64,000 bases of DNA from the human T2T-CHM13v2.0 reference genome, Homo sapiens. The notes under the pieces are model-generated. The model was not told the DNA's origin and made no database searches. It saw only the letters and a program-made list of their open reading frames with translations. The stretch lies in NCBI RefSeq assembly GCF_009914755.1, contig NC_060947.1; one strand, given 5' to 3'. Shown here piece after piece: positions 1 to 11,900 of this stretch; the first letter of the stretch is position 1; every line of letters starts with the position of its first letter. Both the position numbers and the translations under genes were made by a program.

Positions 1-848
1 CGTTCCCAACGAAATCCTCAGAGAGGTCCAAATGTCCACCTGCAGATTCTACCAAAAGTGTATTTGGAAACTGCTCCATCAACAGGCATGTTCAGCTCTG
101 TGAGTGAAACTCCATCATCACAAAGAATATTCTGAGAATGCTTCCATTTGCCTTTTATATGAAGTTCCTTCCTATACGACCGTAGGCCTCAAAACAGTCC
201 AAATCTCCATTTGCAGATTCTACAAAAAGAGTGATTCCAATCTGCTCTATCAATAGGATTGTTCAACTCCATGAGTTGAATGCCATCCTCACAAAGTCGT
301 TTCTGAGAATGCTTCTATCTAGTTTTTATGTGAAGATATTTCCTTTTCCACCACAGGCCTCAAAGCCCTCCAAACGTCCACTTGCAGATTCTCGAAAAAG
401 AGTGTTTCATAGCTGCTCTTTCAAAAGGAAAGTTCAACTCTGGGAGTTGAATACAAACATCACAAAGTAGTTTCCGAGAATGCTTCTGTTTAGTTTTTAT
501 GTGAAGATGATCCCTTTTCCAGTGAAATCTTCAAAGAGGTCCACATATCCCCTTGCAGATTCCAAAGAAAGAGGGTTTCAAAACTGCTCCATCAAAAGGA
601 TTGTTCAACTCTGTGAGTTGAATGCAGTCATCGCAGAAAACTTTCTGAGAATGCTTCTGTCTAGGTTTGATGTGAAGATATAGACGTTTCAAACGAAGGC
701 TACAAAGTGGTCAAAATATACACTTGCAGATTCTACTACAAGGGTGTTGCAAACCTGAACTATCAAAGGAAGGTTCAACTCTGTGGGTTGAATACAAACA
801 TTGCAAAGAATGTTCTGAGTTTGCTTCCGTTCAGTTATGGGAAGTTGA

Positions 849-865
849 TCCCGTTCCCAACGAAA
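849..865 (-). promoter_or_regulatory. CENP-B box variant with core A lost (haplotype A form)
   Basis: The + strand reads TCCCGTTCCCAACGAAA; the reverse complement TTTCGTTGGGAACGGGA has G in place of the core A at position 10. Confidence 0.8.
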
Positions 866-1359
866 TCCTCAGAGAGGTCCAAATATCCCCTTGCAGATTC
901 TACAAAACGTGTGTTTGGAAACTGCTCCATCATAACGAATGTTCAGCTCTCTGAGTTAAACTCCATCGTCACAAAGAATTTTTTGAGAGTGCTACCGTCT
1001 AGGTTTTATATGAAGTTCTTTCCTTTACTACCACAGGCCTCAAAGCGGTCCAAATCTCCACTTGCAGATCCTACAAAAAGAGTGTCTGCAAACTGCTCTA
1101 TCAAAAGGAATGTTCAACTCTGGGAGTTGAATGCAATCATCACAGAGCAGTTTCTGAGAATGCTTCTATGTCGTTTTTAGGAGAAGATATTTCCTTTTCC
1201 AACACAGTCCTCCAAGCCCGCTAAATATCCACTTACACATTGTAGAAAAAGTGTGTCGAAGCTGCGCTATCAAAGGGAAAGTTCAACTCTGTGAGGTGAA
1301 TGCAAACATCCCAAAGAAGTTTCTGAGAATGCTTCCGTTTAGCTTTTAGATGAAGATTA

Positions 1360-1376
1360 TCCCGTTTGCAACGAAA
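1360..1376 (-). promoter_or_regulatory. CENP-B box with intact core (recurs once per HOR at this position)
   Basis: The + strand reads TCCCGTTTGCAACGAAA (TCCCGTTTCCAACGAAA in most copies). Its reverse complement matches NTTCGNNNNANNCGGGN at all nine core positions. Confidence 0.9.
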
Positions 1377-1531
1377 TCTTCAAAGAGGTCCAAATATCCC
1401 CTTGCGGATCCCACAGAAAGAGTGTTTCGAAACTGCTGTTTCAAAAGGAATCTTCAACTCTGTGAGTTGAATGCAATCATCACAAAGAAGTTTCTGACAA
1501 TGCTTCTCTCTCGTCTTTCTGTGAAGATAAA

Positions 1532-1572
1532 GGAAAAGGCTTTCAGGCCTTTTCCACCACAGGCCTGAAAGC
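1532..1572. repeat. Overlapping inverted repeats in the enlarged monomer (once per HOR)
   Basis: GGAAAAGGC (1532-1540) pairs with GCCTTTTCC (1547-1555). GCTTTCAGGCCT (1539-1550) pairs with AGGCCTGAAAGC (1561-1572). This monomer is 15 bp longer than the sister-monomer form 'gtgaagatatttccttttccacc'. Confidence 0.9.
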
Positions 1573-1887
1573 GCTCCAAATGTCCACTTGCAGATTCTGC
1601 CAAAAGAATATTGCAAAACTGCTCTATGAAAAGCAATGTTAAACTCTGCGGCTCGAACACAAACATCACAAAGCAGTTTCTGAGAATGCTTCAGTTTAGT
1701 TTTTCTGTGGAAATATTCCCGTTTCCAAAGAAATCTTCAAAGAGGTCCACGTATCCACTTACAGATTCTACAAAAAGACAGTTTCAAAACTGCTCCATCA
1801 AAAGCAGGGTTCAACTGTGTGACTTGAATGCAATCATCACTCAGAACTTTCTGAGAATGCTTCTCTTTAGTTTTTACGTGAACATAT

Positions 1888-1904
1888 ACCCGTTTCGAAC
1901 GAAG
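1888..1904 (-). promoter_or_regulatory. CENP-B box with intact core (recurs once per HOR at this position)
   Basis: The + strand reads ACCCGTTTCGAACGAAG; its reverse complement CTTCGTTCGAAACGGGT matches the nine-base core. Confidence 0.88.
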
Positions 1905-2054
1905 GCCACCCAGTGGTCCAAATATCCACTTGCAGATTCTACAGAAAGAGTGTTTCGAACCTGAACTCTCAAAGGCAGGTTCATCTCTGCGAGTTAAATG
2001 CATTCATTATGAAGAACTTTCTCAGAGTGTTTGTGTTTAGTTATGGGAAATTAT

Positions 2055-2071
2055 TCCCGTTCCCAACGAAA
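2055..2071 (-). promoter_or_regulatory. Second CENP-B box variant with core A lost (haplotype A form)
   Basis: The + strand reads TCCCGTTCCCAACGAAA, the same substitution as 849-865, in the paralogous monomer. Confidence 0.8.
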
Positions 2072-2914
2072 TCCTCAGAGAGGTCCAAATGTCCACCTGC
2101 AGATTCTACCAAAAGTGTATTTGGAAACTGCTCCATCAACAGGCATGTTCAGCTCTGTGAGTGAAACTCCATCATCACAAAGAATATTCTGAGAATGCTT
2201 CCGTTTGCCTTTTATATGAAGTTCCTTCCTATACGACCGTAGGCCTCAAAGCAGTCCAAATCTCCATTTGCAGATTCTACAAAAAGAGTGATTCCAATCT
2301 GCTCTATCAATAGGATTGTTCAACTCCATGAGTTGAATGCCATCCTCACAAAGTCGTTTCTGAGAATGCTTCTATCTAGTTTTTATGTGAAGATATTTCC
2401 TTTTCCACCACAGGCCTCAAAGCCCTCCAAACGTCCACTTGCAGATTCTCGAAAAAGAGTGTTTCATAGCTGCTCTTTCAAAAGGAAAGTTCAACTCTGG
2501 GAGTTGAATACAAACATCACAAAGTAGTTTCCGAGAATGCTTCTGTTTAGTTCTTATGTGAAGATGATCCCGTTTCCAGTGAAATCTTCAAAGAGGTCCA
2601 CATATCCCCTTGCAGATTCCAAAGAAAGAGGGTTTCAAAACTGCTCCATCAAAAGGATTGTTCAACTCTGTGAGTTGAATGCAGTCATCACAGAAAACTT
2701 TCTGAGAATGCTTCTGTCTAGGTTTGATGTGAAGATATAGACGTTTCAAACGAAGGCTACAAAGTGGTCAAAATATACACTTGCAGATTCTACTACAAGG
2801 GTGTTGCAAACCTGAACTATCAAAGGAAGGTTCAACTCTGTGAGTTGAATACAAACATCACAAAGAATGTTCTGAGTTTGCTTCCGTTCAGTTATGGGAA
2901 GTTGATCCCGTTCC

Positions 2915-5900
2915 CAACGAAATCCTCAGAGAGGTCCAAATATCCCCTTGCAGATTCTACAAAACGTGTGTTTGGAAACTGCTCCATCATAACGAATGTT
3001 CAGCTCTCTGAGTTAAACTCCATCGTCACAAAGAATTTTCTGAGAGTGCTACCGTCTAGTTTTTATATGAAGTTCTTTATTTTACTACCACAGGCCTCAA
3101 AGCGGTCCAAATCTCCACTTGCAGATTCTACAAAAAGAGTGTCTGCAAACTGCTCTATCAAAAGGAATGTTCAACTCTGGGAGTTGAATGCAATCATCAC
3201 AGAGCAGTTTCTGAGAATGCTTCTATGTCGTTTTTAGGAAAACATATTTCCTTTTCCAACACAGTCCTCCAAGCCCGCTAAATATCCACTTGCACATTGT
3301 AGAAAAAGTGTGTCAAAGCTGTGCTATCAAAAGGAAAGTTCAACTCTGTGAGGTGAATGCAAACATCCCAAAGAAGTTTCTGAGAATGCTTCCGTTTAGC
3401 TTTTAGGTGAAGATTATCCCGTTTGCAACGAAATCTTCAAGGAGGTCCAAATATCCCCTTGCGGATCCCACAGAAAGAGTGTTTCGAAACTGCTGTTTCA
3501 AAAGGAATCTTCAACTCTGTGAGTTGAATGCAATCATCACAAAGAAGTTTCTGACAATGCTTCTCTCTCGTCTTTCTGTGAAGATAAAGGAAAAGGCTTT
3601 CAGGCCTTTTCCACCACAGGCCTGAAAGCGCTCCAAATGTCCACTTGCAGATTCTGCCAAAAGAATATTTCAAAACTGCTCTATGAAAAGCAATGTTAAA
3701 CTCTGCGGCTCGAACACAAACATCACAAAGCAGTTTCTGAGAATGCTTCAGTTTAGTTTTTCTGTGGAAATATTCCCGTTTCCAAAGAAATCTTCAAAGA
3801 GGTCCACGTATCCACTTACAGATTCTACAAAAAGACAGTTTCAAAACTGCTCAATCAAAAGGAGGGTTCAACTGTGTGACTTGAATGCAATCATCACTCA
3901 GAACTTTCTGAGAATGCTTCTCCTTAGTTTTTACATGAACATATACCCGTTTCGAACGAAGGCCACCCAGTGGTCCAAATATCCACTTGCAGATTCTACA
4001 GAAAGAGTGTTTCGCACCTGAACTCTCAAAGGCAGGTTCATCTCTGCGAGTTAAATGCATTCGTCATGAAGAACTTTCTCAGCGTGTTTGTGTTTAGTTA
4101 TGGGAAATTATTCCCGTTCCCAACGAAATCCTCAGAGAGGTCCAAATGTCCACCTGCAGATTCTACCAAAAGTGTATTTGGAAACTGCTCCATCAACAGG
4201 CATGTTCAGCTCTGTGAGTGAAACTCCATCATCACAAAGAATATTCTGAGAATGCTTCCGTTTGCCTTTTATATGAAGTTCCTTCCTATACGACCGTAGG
4301 CCTCAAAGCAGTCCAAATCTCCATTTGCAGATTCTACAAAAAGAGTGATTCCAATCTGCTCTATCAATAGGATTGTTCAACCCCATGAGTTGAATGCCAT
4401 CCTCACAAAGTCGTTTCTGAGAATGCTTCTATCTAGTTTTTATGTGAAGATATTTCCTTTTCCACCACAGGCCTCAAAGCCCTCCAAACGTCCACTTGCA
4501 GATTCTCGAAAAAGAGTGTTTCATAGCTGCTCTTTCAAAAGGAAAGTTCAACTCTGGGAGTTGAATACAAACATCACAAAGTAGTTTCCGAGAATGCTTC
4601 TGTTTAGTTCTTATGTGAAGATGATCCCGTTTCCAGTGAAATCTCCAAAGAGGTCCACATATCCCCTTGCAGATTCCAAAGAAAGAGGGTTTCAAAACTG
4701 CTCCATCAAAAGGATTGTTCAACTCTGTGAGTTGAATGCAGTCATCGCAGAAAACTTTCTGAGAATGCTTCTGTCTAGGTTTGATGTGAAGATATAGACG
4801 TTTCAAACGAAGGCTACAAAGTGGTCAAAATATACACTTGCAGATTGTACTACAAGGGTGTTGCAAACCTGAACTATCAAAGGAAGGTTCAACTCTGTGG
4901 GTTGAATACAAACATCACAAAGAATGTTCTGAGTTTGCTTCCGTTCAGTTATGGGAAGTTGATCCCGTTCCCAACGAAATCCTCAGAGAGGTCCAAATAT
5001 CCCCTTGCAGATTCTACAAAACGTGTGTTTGGAAACTGCTCCATCATAACGAATGTTCAGCTCTCTGAGTTAAACTCCATCGTCACAAAGAATTTTCTGA
5101 GAGTGCTACCGTCTAGGTTTTATATGAAGTTCTTTCCTTTACTACCACAGGCCTCAAAGCGGTCCAAATCTCCACTTGCAGATCCTACAAAAAGAGTGTC
5201 TGCAAACTGCTCTATCAAAAGGAATGTTCTACTCTGGGAGTTGAATGCAATCATCACAGAGCAGTTTCTGAGAATGCTTCTATGTCGTTTTTAGGAGAAG
5301 ATATTTCCTTTTCCAACACAGTCCTCCAAGCCCGCTAAATATCCACTTGCACATTGTAGAAAAAGTGTGTCGAAGCTGCGCTATCAAAGGGAAAGTTCAA
5401 CTCTGTCAGGTGAATGCAAACATCCCAAAGAAGTTTCTGAGAATGCTTCCGTTTAGCTTTTTGGTGAAGATTATCCCGTTTGCAACGAAATCTTCAAAGA
5501 GGTCCAAATATCCCCTTGCGGATCCCACAGAAAGAGTGTTTCGAAACTGCTGTTTCAAAAGGAATCTTCAACTCTGTGAGTTGAATGCAATCATCACAAA
5601 GAAGTTTCTGACAATGCTTCTCTCTCGTCTTTCTGTGAAGATAAAGGAAAAGGCTTTCAGGCCTTTTCCACCACAGGCCTGAAAGCGCTCCAAATGTCCA
5701 CTTGCAGATTCTGCCAAAAGAATATTTCAAAACTGCTCTATGAAAAGCAATGTTAAACTCTGCGGCTCGAACACAAACATCACAAAGCAGTTTCTGAGAA
5801 TGCTTCAGTTTAGTTTTTCTCTGGAAATATTCCCGTTTCCAAAGAAATCTTCAAAGAGGTCCACGTATCCACTTACAGATTCTACAAAAAGACAGTTTCA

Positions 5901-8900
5901 AAACTGCTCAATCAAAAGGAGGGTTCAACTGTGTGACTTGAATGCAATCATCACTCAGAACTTTCTGAGAATGCTTCTCCTTAGTTTTTACATGAACATA
6001 TACCCGTTTCGAACGAAGGCCACCCAGTGGTCCAAATATCCACTTGCAGATTCTACAGAAAGAGTGTTTCGAACCTGAACTCTCAAAGGCAGGTTCATCT
6101 CTGCGAGTTAAATGCATTCGTCATGAAGAACTTTCTCAGCGTGTTTGTGTTTAGTTATGGGAAATTATTCCCGTTCCCAACGAAATCCTCAGAGAGGTCC
6201 AAATATCCACCTGCAGATTCTACCAAAAGTGTATTTGGAAACTGCTCCATCAACAGGCATGTTCAGCTCTGTGAGTGAAACTCCATCATCACAAAGAATA
6301 TTCTGAGAATGCTTCCGTTTGCCTTTTATATGAAGTTCCTTCCTATACGACCGTAGGCCTCAAAGCAGTCCAAATCTCCATTTGCAGATTCTACAAAAAG
6401 AGTGATTCCAATCTGCTCTATCAATAGGATTCTTCAACTCCATGAGTTGAATGCCATCCTCACAAAGTCGTTTCTGAGAATGCTTCTATCCAGTTTTTAT
6501 GTGAAGATATTTCTTTTTCCACCACAGGCCTCAAAGCCCTCCAAACGTCCACTTGCAGATTCTCGAAAAAGAGTGTTTCAGAGCTGCTCTTTCAAAAGGA
6601 AAGTTCAACTCTGTTAGTTGAATACAAACATCACAAAGTAGTTTCCGAGAATGCTTCTGTTTAGTTCTTATGTGAAGATGATCCCGTTTAAAGTGAAATC
6701 TCCAAAGAGGTCCACATATCCCCTTGCAGATTCCAAAGAAAGAGGGTTTCAAAACTGCTCCATCAAGAGGATTGTTCAACTCTGTGAGTTGAATGCAGTC
6801 ATCGCAGAAAACTTTCTGAGAATGCTTCTGTCTAGGTTTGATGTGAAGATATAGACGTTTCAAACGAAGGCTACAAAGTGGTCAAAATATACACTTGCAG
6901 ATTCTACTACAAGGGTGTTGCAAACCTGAACTATCAAAGGAAGGTTCAACTCTGTGGGTTGAATACAAACATCGCAAAGAATGCTCTGAGTTTGCTTCCG
7001 TTCAGTTATGGGAAGTTGATCCCGTTCCCAACGAAATCCTCAGAGAGGTCCAAATATCCCCTTGCAGATTCTACAAAACGTGTGTTTGGAAACTGCTCCA
7101 TCATAACGAATGTTCAGCTCTCTGAGTTAAACTCCATCGTCACAAAGAATTTTCTGAGAGTGCTACCGTCTAGTTTTTATATGAAGTTCTTTCCTTTACT
7201 ACCACAGGCCTCAAAGCGGTCCAAATCTCCACTTGCAGATTCTACAAAAAGAGTGTCTGCAAACTGCTCTATCAAAAGGAATGTTCAACTCTGGGAGTTG
7301 AATGCAATCATCACAGAGCAGTTTCTGAGAAGGCTTCTATGTCGTTTTTAGGAGAAGATATTTCCTTTTCCAACACAGTCCTCCAAGCCCGCTAAATATC
7401 CACTTGCACATTGTAGAAAAAGTGTGTCGAAGCTGCGCTATCAAAGGGAAAGTTCAACTCTGTGAGGTGAATGCAAACATCCCAAAGAAGTTTCTGAGAA
7501 TGCTTCCGTTTAGCTTTTAGGTGAAGATTATCCCGTTTCCAACGAAAGCTTCAAAGAGGTCCAAATATCCCCTTGCGGATCCCACAGAAAGAGTGTTTCA
7601 AAACTGCTGTTTCAAAAGGAATCTTCAACTCTGTGAGTTGAATGCAATCATCACAAAGAAGTTTCTGACAATGCTTCTCTCTCGTCTTTCTGTGAAGATA
7701 AAGGAAAAGGCTTTCAGGCCTTTTCCACCACAGGCCTGAAAGCGCTCCAAATGTCCACTTGCAGATTCTGCCAAAAGAATATTTCAAAACTGCTCTATGA
7801 AAAGCAATGTTAAACTCTGCGGCTCGAACACAAACATCACAAAGCAGTTTCTGAGAATGCTTCAGTTTAGTTTTTCTGTGGAAATATTCCCGTTTCCAAA
7901 GAAATCTTCAAAGAGGTCCACGTATCCACTTACAGATTCTACAAAAAGACAGTTTCAAAACTGCTCAATCAAAAGGAGGGTTCAACTGTGTGACTTGAAT
8001 GCAATCATCACTCAGAAGTTTCTGAGAATGCTTCTCTTTAGTTTTTACGTGAACATATACCCGTTTCGAACGAAGGCCACCCAGTGGTCCAAATATCCAC
8101 TTGCAGATTCTACAGAAAGAGTGTTTCGAACCTGAACTCTCAAAGGCAGCTTCATCTCTGCGAGTTAAATGCATTCGTCATGAAGAACTTTCTCAGCGTG
8201 TTTGTGTTTAGTTATGGGAAATTATTCCCGTTCCCAACGAAATCCTCAGAGAGGTCCAAATGTCCACCTGCAGATTCTACCAAAAGTGTATTTGGAAACT
8301 GCTCCATCAACAGGCATGTTCAGCTCTGTGAGTGAAACTCCATCATCACAAAGAATATTCTGAGAATGCTTCCGTTTGCCTTTTATATGAAGTTCCTTCC
8401 TATACGACCGTAGGCCTCAAAGCAGTCCAAATCTCCATTTGCAGATTCTACAAAAAGAGTGATTCCAATCTGCTCTATCAATAGGATTGTTCAACTCCAT
8501 GAGTTGAATGCCATCCTCACAAAGTCGTTTCTGAGAATGCTTCTATTTAGTTTTTATGTGAAGATATTTCCTTTTCCACCACAGGCCTCAAAGCCCTCCA
8601 AACGTCCACTTGCAGATCCTCGAAAAAGAGTGTTTCATAGCTGCTCTTTCAAAAGGAAAGTTCAACTCTGGGAGTTGAATACAAACATCACAAAGTAGTT
8701 TCCGAGAATGCTTCTGTTTAGTTCTTATGTGAAGATGATCCCGTTTCCAGTGAAATCTTCAAAGAGGTCCACATATCCCCTTGCAGATTCCAAAGAAAGA
8801 GGGTTTCAAAACTGCTCCATCAAAAGGATTGTTCAACTCTGTGAGCTGAATGCAGTCATCACAGAAAACTTTCTGAGAATGCTTCTGTCTAGGTTTGATG

Positions 8901-11900
8901 TGAAGATATAGACGTTTCAAACGAAGGCTACAAAGTGGTGAAAATATACACTTGCAGATTCCACTACAAGGGTGTTGCAAACCTGAACTATCAAAGGAAG
9001 GTTCAACTCTGTGAGTTGAATACAAACATCGCAAAGAATGTTCTGAGTTTGCTTCCGTTCAGTTATGGGAAGTTGATCCCGTTTACAACGAAATCCTCAG
9101 AGAGGTCCAAATATCCCCTTGCAGATTCTACAAAACGTGTGTTTGGAAACTGCTCCATCATAACGAATGTTCAGCTCTCTGAGTTAAACTCCATCGTCAC
9201 AAAGAATTTTCTGAGAGTGCTACCGTCTAGTTTTTATATGAAGTTCTTTATTTTACTACCACAGGCCTCAAAGCGGTCCAAATCTCCACTTGCAGATTCT
9301 ACAAAAAGAGTGTCTGCAAACTGCTCTATCAAAAGGAATGTTCAACTCTGGGAGTTGAATGCAATCATCACAGAGCAGTTTCTGAGAATGCTTCTATGTC
9401 GTTTTTAGGAAAACATATTTCCTTTTCCAACACAGTCCTCCAAGCCCGCTAAATATCCACTTGCACATTGTAGAAAAAGTGTGTCAAAGCTGTGCTATCA
9501 AAAGGAAAGTTCAACTCTGTGAGGTGAATGCAAACATCCCAAAGAAGTTTCTGAGAATGCTTCCGTTTAGCTTTTAGGTGAAGATTATCCCGTTTGCAAC
9601 GAAATCTTCAAGGAGGTCCAAATATCCCCTTGCGGATCCCACAGAAAGAGTGTTTCGAAACTGCTGTTTCAAAAGGAATCTTCAACTCTGTGAGTTGAAT
9701 GCAATCATCACAAAGAAGTTTCTGACAATGCTTCTCTCTCGTCTTTCTGTGAAGATAAAGGAAAAGGCTTTCAGGCCTTTTCCACCACAGGCCTGAAAGC
9801 GCTCCAAATGTCCACTTGCAGATTCTGCCAAAAGAATATTTCAAAACTGCTCTATGAAAAGCAATGTTAAACTCTGCGGCTCGAACACAAACATCACAAA
9901 GCAGTTTCTGAGAATGCTTCAGTTTAGTTTTTCTGTGGAAATATTCCCGTTTCCAAAGAAATCTTCAAAGAGGTCCACGTATCCACTTACAGATTCTACA
10001 AAAAGACAGTTTCAAAACTGCTCAATCAAAAGGAGGGTTCAACTGTGTGACTTGAATGCAATCATCACTCAGAACTTTCTGAGAATGCTTCTCCTTAGTT
10101 TTTACATGAACATATACCCGTTTCGAACGAAGGCCACCCAGTGGTCCAAATATCCACTTGCAGATTCTACAGAAAGAGTGTTTCGCACCTGAACTCTCAA
10201 AGGCAGGTTCATCTCTGCGAGTTAAATGCATTCGTCATGAAGAACTTTCTCAGCGTGTTTGTGTTTAGTTATGGGAAATTATTCCCGTTCCCAACGAAAT
10301 CCTCAGAGAGGTCCAAATGTCCACCTGCAGATTCTACCAAAAGTGTATTTGGAAACTGCTCCATCAACAGGCATGTTCAGCTCTGTGAGTGAAACTCCAT
10401 CATCACAAAGAATATTCTGAGAATGCTTCCGTTTGCCTTTTATATGAAGTTCCTTCCTATACGACCGTAGGCCTCAAAGCAGTCCAAATCTCCATTTGCA
10501 GATTCTACAAAAAGAGTGATTCCAATCTGCTCTATCAATAGGATTGTTCAACCCCATGAGTTGAATGCCATCCTCACAAAGTCGTTTCTGAGAATGCTTC
10601 TATCTAGTTTTTATGTGAAGATATTTCCTTTTCCACCACAGGCCTCAAAGCCCTCCAAACGTCCACTTGCAGATTCTCGAAAAAGAGTGTTTCATAGCTG
10701 CTCTTTCAAAAGGAAAGTTCAACTCTGGGAGTTGAATACAAACATCACAAAGTAGTTTCCGAGAATGCTTCTGTTTAGTTCTTATGTGAAGATGATCCCG
10801 TTTCCAGTGAAATCTCCAAAGAGGTCCACATATCCCCTTGCAGATTCCAAAGAAAGAGGGTTTCAAAACTGCTCCATCAAAAGGATTGTTCAACTCTGTG
10901 AGTTGAATGCAGTCATCGCAGAAAACTTTCTGAGAATGCTTCTGTCTAGGTTTGATGTGAAGATATAGACGTTTCAAACGAAGGCTACAAAGTGGTCAAA
11001 ATATACACTTGCAGATTGTACTACAAGGGTGTTGCAAACCTGAACTATCAAAGGAAGGTTCAACTCTGTGGGTTGAATACAAACATCACAAAGAATGTTC
11101 TGAGTTTGCTTCCGTTCAGTTATGGGAAGTTGATCCCGTTCCCAACGAAATCCTCAGAGAGGTCCAAATATCCCCTTGCAGATTCTACAAAACGTGTGTT
11201 TGGAAACTGCTCCATCATAACGAATGTTCAGCTCTCTGAGTTAAACTCCATCGTCACAAAGAATTTTCTGAGAGTGCTACCGTCTAGGTTTTATATGAAG
11301 TTCTTTCCTTTACTACCACAGGCCTCAAAGCGGTCCAAATCTCCACTTGCAGATCCTACAAAAAGAGTGTCTGCAAACTGCTCTATCAAAAGGAATGTTC
11401 TACTCTGGGAGTTGAATGCAATCATCACAGAGCAGTTTCTGAGAATGCTTCTATGTCGTTTTTAGGAGAAGATATTTCCTTTTCCAACACAGTCCTCCAA
11501 GCCCGCTAAATATCCACTTGCACATTGTAGAAAAAGTGTGTCGAAGCTGCGCTATCAAAGGGAAAGTTCAACTCTGTCAGGTGAATGCAAACATCCCAAA
11601 GAAGTTTCTGAGAATGCTTCCGTTTAGCTTTTTGGTGAAGATTATCCCGTTTGCAACGAAATCTTCAAAGAGGTCCAAATATCCCCTTGCGGATCCCACA
11701 GAAAGAGTGTTTCGAAACTGCTGTTTCAAAAGGAATCTTCAACTCTGTGAGTTGAATGCAATCATCACAAAGAAGTTTCTGACAATGCTTCTCTCTCGTC
11801 TTTCTGTGAAGATAAAGGAAAAGGCTTTCAGGCCTTTTCCACCACAGGCCTGAAAGCGCTCCAAATGTCCACTTGCAGATTCTGCCAAAAGAATATTTCA

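Larger units (their letters stand above)
231..2287. repeat. One representative 2057-bp HOR unit (arbitrary phase): 12 monomers with pentameric 5+5+2 substructure
   Basis: Paralogous monomer pairs lie five monomers (~851 bp) apart across the HOR cycle: 'aacctgaactatcaaaggaagg' (~752) vs 'aacctgaactctcaaaggcagg' (~1958); 'agttatgggaa...cccgttcccaacgaaatcctcagagagg' (~833 and ~2039); 'aaatcttcaaagaggtcca' three times (~525, ~1374, ~1731). This fits the W1-W5 pentamer of suprachromosomal family 3. Confidence 0.9.

Noticed and set aside
510-700. Box-like sites 'cccgtttccagtgaa' (usual form of the ~510 site) and 'gacgtttcaaacgaa' (also 'cccgtttccaaagaa' at ~1718) as CENP-B boxes
   Set aside because: Each lacks one or more of the nine core bases in the copies examined, so they were not counted as functional boxes.
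1532-1560. Hairpin next to a T-run resembling a bacterial intrinsic terminator
   Set aside because: The context is eukaryotic satellite with no upstream gene, and the T-run is part of the stem; it is reported as a dyad instead.
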